Shown here: positions 56,495 to 64,000 of the stretch, in pieces
Position numbering within the stretch: the first letter of the stretch is position 1
Layout: each line of letters opens with the position of its first letter
From: Amphiura filiformis
Lineage: Eukaryota
DNA: 64,000 nt
Reading direction: 5' to 3'
NCBI RefSeq assembly: GCF_039555335.1
Contig: NC_092647.1
Span: 18,820,946 to 18,884,945 of the forward strand
Translations under genes and position numbers: made by a program
The notes under the pieces: generated by a model
Told to the model about the DNA's origin: nothing
Database searches by the model: none
What the model saw: only the letters and a program-made list of their open reading frames with translations

Positions 56495-57173
56495 AAAACG
56501 TTTTCGACATTATTCGCAAAAGGTTATAAAAGGTTGTCAGAAAACGTTTAAATGTCGGGTTATATAAAGGGCATATTAAGGGTATAAAACGTTTTCATAA
56601 CATTGAAAATCATTTTTTGATAATCTACTGCTCAGCAAACAAAAATATTTTACAGAAAACGTTTAAATGTCGGGTTATATAAAGGGTATAAAAACGTTTT
56701 AATAACATTCCAAAAACATTTTTGAAAACTTGATACAAAACATTCTAAACAGAATGTTATTTTGGGAGTTGAAAAATATTTTGCGAAAAATGTTTGCCCA
56801 AAATATTTGCAATAACGTTTTGAAAACGTTTTCATGACCTTTATATAACCCGACATTTAAATGTTATTAAAACGTTTTGAAAAAAACATTTTAAGAACAT
56901 TTCTGTGTTTGCTGGATGCAAATATTTTAACATAATGTTATTTAAGTGTTGACAAAATATTTGGCAAAAATGTTTGCAAAAAAGTTTACAATAACATTTT
57001 GAAAACATTTTAAAAATATTGTGGTAGTGTGTTTTCATACAAAACGTTTTAAAACGTTTTCATGACCTTTATATAACCCGACATTTTAATGTTATTAAAA
57101 CGTTTTTATGTAAACCAAAAACCAAAATATAACTTATTAAAAACGTTTTTAAAACGTTTTTGTGTTTGCTGGG
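56483..57173. mobile_element. composite MITE-a insertion #2 (691 bp), AT duplication at 56481-56482 and 57174-57175
   Basis: Same four-part internal structure, about 92% identical to 5568-6259. Perfect TIRs CCCAGCAAACAC/GTGTTTGCTGGG. Confidence 0.7.
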
Positions 57174-58642
57174 ATGTAAGGCGTCTCTTTGGTATGAATT
57201 CGTTCATGTATTTTCAAGTTATATGACCGTATGAAGCATTTATTACAATATTGGCATATGTAAGGCGTCTCTTTGGCATGAGTTTGTTCATGTACTTTCA
57301 AGTTACCTGACTTTGTGAAGCCTTTTTTACAGTATTGGCATATGTAAGGCTTCTCTTTGGTATGGATTCGTTCATGTTCTTTCAAGTGACCTGACCGTGG
57401 GAAGCCTTTATTACAATATTGACATATGTAAGGCTTCTCTTTCGTATGAATTCGTTCATGTGTTTTCAAATGACATAACTGTGTGAAGCCTTTGTTGCAG
57501 TATTGGCATATGTAAGGCGTCTTATTGGTATGAATTCGTTCATGTGATTTCAAGTGGCCAGACGTTGTGAAGCCTTTATTACAATATTGACATATGTATG
57601 GCGTCTCTTTGGTATGGATTCGTTCATGTGTTTTCAAGGGACTTGACTGTGTGAAGCCCTTATTACAGTATTGACATATGTAAGGCTTCTCTTTCGTATG
57701 AATTCGTTCATGTGTTTTCAAATGACATAACTGTGTGAAGCCTTTGTTGCAGTATTGGCATATGTAAGGCGTCTTATTGGTATGAATTCGTTCATGTGAT
57801 TTCAAGTGGCCAGACGTTGTGAAGCCTTTATTACAATATTGGCATATGTATGTCGTCTCTTTGGTATGGATTCGTTCATGTGTTTTCAAGTGACTTGACT
57901 GTGTGAAGCCCTTATTACAGTATTGACATATGTAAGGCTTCTCTTTCGTATGAATTCGTTCATGTGTTTTCAAATTACATAACTGTGTGAAGCCTTTGTT
58001 GCAGCGTTTGCATAGGTAAGGCCTCTCTTTGGTATGATTTAGTTCATGATTTTTCAAGCTATGTACATATGGAAACCCTTTATTGCAAAACTGACATAGG
58101 TACGGCGTCTCCTTGGTATGAATTCGTTCATGTCTTTTCAAGTTACCTGACTGTGTGAAGCCTTTTTTACAGTATTGACATATGTAAGGCTTCTCCTTGG
58201 TATGGATTCGTTCATGTACTTTCAAGTTACTTAACTGTGTGAAGCCTTTATTACAGTATTGACATATGTAAGGCTTCTCGGTTCGTTCATGTACTTTTAC
58301 CTTACTCCTGGTTGGAAACATTGTCTCATAATATTCACCTTGGTAAAATACCAATTGCGAATCGTTCTCCTTCGTTTGTTTGCTTGATGGGTCATTTTCA
58401 CCTGTCCATTGGTCAAGAAATGGTAACGTCAGAAAACCGCCTTTTCTAATGGCATCGGAGATGTTTATATTTCTGCTTGGAGAGGGTATCATCAACTTCT
58501 TCTTATACCAGTATGCTCGAATCCACAGCTCATGACGACGTAGATGACACAGATATCGATGTGTATTATTAAAGAACCTTCTGCAATATTTACACACGTG
58601 AGGCATCAAGCACTGCCATTCTCGTGATCCTCTTGGAGGCAT
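57149..58642 (-). CDS. ZF gene G: divergent N-terminal domain (MPPRGSREWQCLMPHVCKYCRRFFNNTHRYLCHLRRH..) plus 13 fingers. The stop is provided by the MITE-a.
   Basis: ORF of 497 aa. ATG preceded by TTGTTCCAG. Confidence 0.8.
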   Translation of the reverse strand: MPPRGSREWQCLMPHVCKYCRRFFNNTHRYLCHLRRHELWIRAYWYKKKLMIPSPSRNINISDAIRKGGFLTLPFLDQWTGENDPSSKQTKENDSQLVFYQGEYYETMFPTRSKVKVHERTEKPYICQYCNKGFTQLSNLKVHERIHTKEKPYICQYCKKGFTQSGNLKRHERIHTKETPYLCQFCNKGFPYVHSLKNHELNHTKERPYLCKRCNKGFTQLCNLKTHERIHTKEKPYICQYCNKGFTQSSHLKTHERIHTKETTYICQYCNKGFTTSGHLKSHERIHTNKTPYICQYCNKGFTQLCHLKTHERIHTKEKPYICQYCNKGFTQSSPLKTHERIHTKETPYICQYCNKGFTTSGHLKSHERIHTNKTPYICQYCNKGFTQLCHLKTHERIHTKEKPYICQYCNKGFPRSGHLKEHERIHTKEKPYICQYCKKGFTKSGNLKVHEQTHAKETPYICQYCNKCFIRSYNLKIHERIHTKETPYIPANTKTF

Positions 58643-59059
58643 TCCTGGAACAAACGAAACAATAAGAGCAATCTAATTGAGGCAATTATTGAACATTGCG
58701 AATCTGAGAGACTCGTTTCACTGATTCAATGATTATTGGACTACTTTTAAAGTTCTAGTTCACTATTTCTGATGAAATCTCGATGTCATTAAATAACTGA
58801 AATATTTTCTTCATCTGCTGTCACAGCAACATAATTGTTTTGGAGTCAGTTTCAACTCCAAATTATATCTAATTGGAGCCAGTGTAAATGAAGAATACTT
58901 ACTTGGAAATAAAAAGAACGCTAACTGGCTGTAACTGATAAATACAATCCACACATACACTGTTATTCCGATATTGTAGTTTGTAGTTCACCCTCTGTAT
59001 GATGATCACGAAGTAAAGAATAGTGCTCTAGTATTTAAGCTGATATGGGTGAAAAGTCA

Positions 59060-59270
59060 GCACTCCATTATAGTCGTTAACGTGCAACCACGCTCTAATG
59101 GATTTATGCATTATCGGGAATAATCCTTTTATGCTATAATTTTAATCCGGATTTTACGTGCTGAAGGACGAGCTGCCGCTATTTACATACATCACTGAAC
59201 ATCAAAATGCAGGCAAATATGTTGATCTCCGTGTCAGACAATGATACTTGTGATTGTGAATAGTAATTAC
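59060..59270 (+). repeat. direct repeat of about 200 bp, with a second copy at 61110-61320
   Basis: CACGCTCTAATGGAT..TTTACGTGCTGAAGGACGAGCT(G/A)CCGCT..ACATACATCA..AACATCAAAA shared at about 85%. Confidence 0.5.
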
Positions 59271-59424
59271 AATAGCATCCATACATTTTAAGTTTCACCT
59301 AACGAATTTTGAAATAAACATGATAAAGAGAATAAATATTTTAATGTAAAAATATTTAAAAAAGTTATGTGTAACCAAATTTGCATTCTATATACAATTT
59401 GTCACTTGTTTGGCTCATAAGTCT

Positions 59425-60091
59425 TTAAGGGCTGGGGTATGAACGTTTGGACAGTATTTATTTTGGGACATTAGAGCACATCAGACATATCGAATTGCAT
59501 TCTGAATACGAAGAATGTCCTTCTGATATGAAATAATTTTGATTTTTTGAAATTCGCAATTTAATACACATTTTATGGCAAATCATTAAAAATTGATATT
59601 TTTGATATTGAACAGTACTCGAAGTAAACTTTACAAATTTGATGATTTATACTTAAAGTGTATGTAGATGGGATGAAAAGCCGACGATCAATTGAGAATT
59701 TTGACCTTTCGTATTGGAGATATGGATTTTTTCCCCAAAACACCAAAAAAAAGGGTCTTTTGGGACAAAAATCCATATCTTCAATATGAAAGGTCAAAAT
59801 TTTCAATTGACCGTCGGCTTTTCCTCCCAGCTACATACACTTTAAGAATATATCATTAGATTTATATAATTTACTTCGAGGACTGTTATATATCAAAAAT
59901 TTGAAAAATATTAAATTTTCATAATTTGTCATAAAATTTGTATTATATTGTGATTTTCAAAAAATGAAAATTATTTGATTTCAGAAAGACATGCTTCGTA
60001 TTCAGAATGCAATTCGATAGGTCTGAGGTGCTCTCATGTCCCTCAAAAAATACTGTCGAAACGCAATAAACGCTCATTCTAGATCCCTTAA
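59425..60091. mobile_element. second copy of the TTAA-flanked 655-bp foldback element
   Basis: TTAA at 59425-59428 and 60088-60091. About 95% identical to 46583-47237. Confidence 0.7.
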
Positions 60092-60119
60092 ACAGATACA
60101 ATTATTTGACTTATACCAA

Positions 60120-61020
60120 ACACTCAGAACGCCACTGACTATCATCTATTGTTATGCATAGTCGCGCTAAAAGTTCACAGATACACCTTTTTGCTATGAA
60201 ATTCATTTTCTCGGTCAAATATAAAGAAATATTTTTTTCTTTAGTAATGTCAGTTAAAAACATAGTGCGTACCTTTTTTAGAACAAAATCTTGGTGTTAA
60301 AATTAGGCATAAAATAAATTGTGTCTTTCAGTATAAGATTTTTGATTTTTACAGGTCTCAACTTCGCCCGTGAGCTTTTTGCTTATTTTTTTTTGGCGTT
60401 TGAAACTAATATAGTTTGCTAAAGAAAGATATTTCCCACCTCTGTACTAAGGCACATCATGTGGGGCTATATATTGTAGTTTTGTCGGAATATCCGTTTT
60501 CACTTGCGACTGCCAAAATGTCCAACCAGTACAAAAATGTACTTCATTTCTAATAAAACTAGCAGACATAATCGATATTTCTATTGTGGCTTGCAAAATC
60601 ATCCATCCATGGGTACATTCGGGAGTTGATTTTGACAATATTGGTAGTCGGAATTGAAAAATGGTGCCGCAGAACCTGACAAAATTCTGACAAAACTATG
60701 ACATATAGTTTTACATAATGTGCTTTAGAAAGTTGGGAAATATCTTTCGTTAGCGAATTATGTTACTTTGAAAAGCAAAAACGTTGACCCAAAAAAGCTC
60801 GCGGGGCAAGTTGAAGCCTGTGAAAATCAAACATCTTACACTAGAAGCCTAAATTTCACACCTAAGTTTAACATCAGGTTTTAATAAAATATACAGCATC
60901 TATCATTATAGTTTTCTTCTGACATTTGCCGAAGAAATGAAAATTATTGGTTTTCATTTGACCGAGAAAATTAATTATGAAGTGAAAAGATGTAACTAAA
61001 AAATTTGCTAATTTCAACTC
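60120..61020. mobile_element. large foldback of about 900 bp (nested inverted arms: 60352-60447 versus 60725-60825, and 60150-60230 versus 60900-60990)
   Basis: CAGGTCTCAACTTCGCCCGTGAGCTTTTT is the reverse complement of AAAAAAGCTCGCGGGGCAAGTTGAAGCCTGTG. CATTTTCTCGGTCAAAT pairs with ATTTGACCGAGAAAATTAAT. Confidence 0.5.
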
Positions 61021-62302
61021 CGAATTCGATCATTTCAAGCGCTTAATTATATCATGATATAACTGAGTGGGTCTAGTTTAACAATAGCCATCGACTGACT
61101 AGCGTTGTACGTGTTTACTGTGCACCACGCTCTAATGGATCTATAGGGAACTATCCTTTTGTTATGCTAAACTTGTAATCTGGATTTTACGTGCTGAAGG
61201 ACGAGCTACCGCTGTCTACATACATCAGGGAACATCAAAAAGAAGGCAAGTATGTTGATCGCTGTGTCCCAAACAATAACACTTGTGTGTAGTAACTTAT
61301 AAGTTCCCCTCAACGCATTTGAAAATAAATAGAAGTTCAAATGTATCTCTTTTTGAAGCACAGCAATTACAACACAAGCTCTCACATTTTTATACATCAG
61401 AAACCCAATGATCTATTAATAGACCATTATGTAACATTGCAACACTTCCTGTGGGTATTCCCAGTGATGTCATACCTACTTTCTATTATCATGGGATTCC
61501 CCAGTTAACACTAAGCAATGCACTATGATTGAGCAATACAGGAATGTTCTGTAATAGTAGGGATTTTCCCAGACTCTGATTGAGTTTGTTTTAGAGTAAC
61601 TTGTTGTAACATGTTGTAATACACTTGGTTTTCCCCTTTCTCTTATCTCTCATGAAATACTTTCAGCTTGTAAGCAAAGTTAAATTAAATTAAATTTTCC
61701 AACTTCATCCTCCATGTCATAAAGAAATCTACGCCACTGTAAAAAAGAGGGCGATACGAGACCCCTTAACAAGTACCTAGGGACAACGCTGGTATCAACC
61801 GGTGTGTTATAAAATATTGGTGAGTATAAAGGTCATCTCTTGCTAAACTATATGTCTCAAATTGTTACTCTTCATAAACTGTTTTAAATCTTTAAGATTA
61901 AGAAGAGTTTTCTTACATTAGGTAACATAACAAAATAGGTCAAGGTCAATAGATTCAATTGGGACTTTTTCACCTATGTTACTATAGGTAATGAAACAAT
62001 CAAGACATGGAAAACGTTCTTAATTAAAAATGGTTTTGGAAGACAGATAATTTGAGACCATGTTTGAAAGGTTTTGACCCCATGGCCACGTGGAGCCCAA
62101 AAATGTGACCCTTTTGCTTATAATTAAAAAACAATACATAGCAGATAGGTCAAACTATACTTTTTCTGAACTGTTACTTTCAGGGTTTGAACAAGATTTG
62201 AGCAATTAATAATGACCTCTAAAACCTTTGACCAGGTTTTTTTGGATTTGCACCTCGGGGATATTCTAGACCTCACTGGTCACCTTCATAACCCCCAACC
62301 CG

Positions 62303-62665
62303 TTAAGGGGGTACTACACCCCTGTAGTAAATGTGTGACTATTTTTGCATTTTTCTCAAAAATTAATAACACACTTGTAACAAAAGTTAAGTATATTATT
62401 GGGGTAAGGAATCCAATTACTACACTGAAATTTCAGTGACTCAAGACAATCGGTTCAGTAAATATGATAGGAAATGAGGTACATCCTAGCGGTACCTCGT
62501 TTTCTATCATAAGTATCGAACCGCTTGTCTTGGGTCACTGAAATTCCAGTGTAGTAATGGAATTCCTTGCCCCTATAATACACTTTTGTTACCAATGTGT
62601 TATTAGTTTTTGAGAAAAATGCAAAAATAGTCACAAATTTATTGAGGGGTGTAGTACCCCCTTAA
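62303..62665. mobile_element. TTAA-flanked foldback MITE (355 bp, 62307-62661) with TIR GGGGGTACTACACCCCTGTAGTAAATGTGTGACTATTTTTGCATTTTTCTC...
   Basis: TTAA at 62303-62306 and 62662-62665. The arms are near-perfect reverse complements. The central hairpin is at about 62480. Confidence 0.7.
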
Positions 62666-62955
62666 ACATTCCAGTTGATGTAAATTTACTTAGGCCCTCA
62701 TGCAATGGAGAAGTATATAAATTTAAGGAAGAATGCAGAAAGAGTAGTACACATCTGTACCACTTGAGGGCGATTGACGCGCGGCGCGGTATCATCTTGA
62801 ACACATGACGAGTCAATTTAATGTCGCTTCAACCGTTGTAAACAATCAGCACTGTTGTATCACATCAATAATAATCCAGAGTTTTTCCGGAAATAGAGAT
62901 AAATGCCGTTGGTGGCGTCTGGCCAGATGAAGGGGGCTATATACCCGGCTACCTG

Positions 62956-62990
62956 TACATGTATAGACCCGTGACGTCACGCAGACGTCA
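62956..62990. repeat. 35-bp perfect palindrome containing two CRE-like TGACGTCA octamers
   Basis: GACCCGTGACGTCACGCAGACGTCACGGGTC. Confidence 0.6.
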
Positions 62991-64000
62991 CGGGTCTATT
63001 AGATCTGTCGACGGATAAAATGCACTTTTTGGCCCAGATCTACCGTATGCTGTTTTGTATATTTATCAGCGATTCCCTTTCGAAACCATTCTAAGGCATC
63101 CCATGCGCTACAATGTCAAATTGTGGCTACATCATAGATATCTCGGGCATCTCAGAGCATTACCTGGTTTTTCCATATGAAAGTAATTAAGGTGTTCCAT
63201 CAAAGCTTTCGTCGTGTGCTGCCACCTATCGGTGGTTCCGGGAACGTTGCGTCCAGTGGCAAATAGTCTACGACGCGGTCAGTTATTTCGAAGTTTCAAA
63301 CATTCGGTGCAATGATAGCACTAAGCGTGAGCGAATTTTCATGTTGGTCCTCTTCATATCAATTCTTCTTCTTTCGAACTTTGTCATAGCCAATAATTGC
63401 GGGTTTAATTGTTGTACCTATGTGATGAAGGCATTACAAACGGTCATATATTCGTCTCAGACAATCTACTCATCTTTGCATCTATGCCGACGAAACTTTA
63501 TATATTATTTATCAACATAGGCCTATTTGTTTGTGATATTTCAAGCGTTTTAAAATTTCAAAATAATCCCATTCAATTACACGGTTGACGATGAAAATTT
63601 ACTGAATTTAGAGAATGCAATGCGGCCACCACCTGGCTTCAACAGTGGACTTCGGTTGTATATATAAATGCGCATATATAAATGCGCACGTGACATCTAC
63701 AAGTCGCCATACCGTATTAAACGATATAAGGTACCCGGATGTACATAAACTCCCCGTGCAAAAGTATAGGGAAAATGACAGGTCGCAAGGAAAATTGCTT
63801 TTGCAAAATAGTGGCATTGATTGCAAAGGGTAAAATAACTTGACCCGAAAGATAAACTCTTTATTAACGTTTTCCATCACGGAAAAAAAAAAATTAACTA
63901 CGGAAAAGCTAGATATAGCTGATTTACAAACTTATATTTCATAATTTCCGTGCTAAATGGGCGTGCCAATTGGCCATATCTATGACGTAGTGCTGGTTTC

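Overview
This window is eukaryotic, most likely an invertebrate metazoan genome. It is AT-rich, carries a TTAGGG-type telomeric repeat, Penelope-like and CR1/L2-like retroelements, and many MITE/foldback DNA elements, and has no prokaryotic gene organisation. Note that the supplied ORF track permits GTG/TTG starts. The main content is a minus-strand tandem cluster of at least five paralogous C2H2 zinc-finger (ZF) genes, which I label A, B, C, E and G, plus two pseudogene fragments, D and F. Each gene has a conserved N-terminal domain of about 130 aa (MPLRRPREW..CKYCRRRFFNNNHRYLRHLRHH..) followed by 10 to 20 or more 28-aa fingers. The inter-finger linker is always HTKEKP(Y/F), not the canonical HTGEKP. 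The ATG of every gene sits directly after a conserved pyrimidine-rich ..CAG splice-acceptor-like site, which suggests an upstream non-coding exon. The cluster is heavily colonised by transposable elements, listed below. (1) MITE-a: a composite MITE of about 691 bp with TIR CCCAGCAAACAC and a 2-bp TA/AT TSD. It is inserted independently inside the finger arrays of genes A and G, and removing it restores an intact finger and frame in both. Partial copies form the 3' ends of genes B and C. (2) A truncated Penelope-like element with YVDD reverse transcriptase (RT), a GIY-YIG endonuclease, 195-bp inverted repeats and a 10-bp TSD, inserted into gene B. (3) A near-intact non-LTR LINE with a PHD-like finger, APE endonuclease, RT and a single frameshift, ending in an (AAACTG)n tail. 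(4) A degenerate L2-like LINE followed head-to-tail by a 5'-truncated copy of the first LINE family. (5) MITE-b: a hAT-like MITE with 8-bp TSD and GGGGGCACT TIRs; one copy is nested inside a spacer repeat. (6) MITE-c and MITE-d: two Harbinger-like MITE families with TTA/TAA TSD. (7) Three TTAA-flanked foldback elements, two of them near-identical 655-bp copies. (8) Numerous other foldbacks and palindromes, satellite arrays, a roughly 240-bp interstitial telomere-like array and a tRNA-like pol III unit. A repeat of about 2.2 kb, split into segments I call B and A, recurs five times in the same orientation. It is best explained as the intergenic spacer of the tandem ZF duplication unit.
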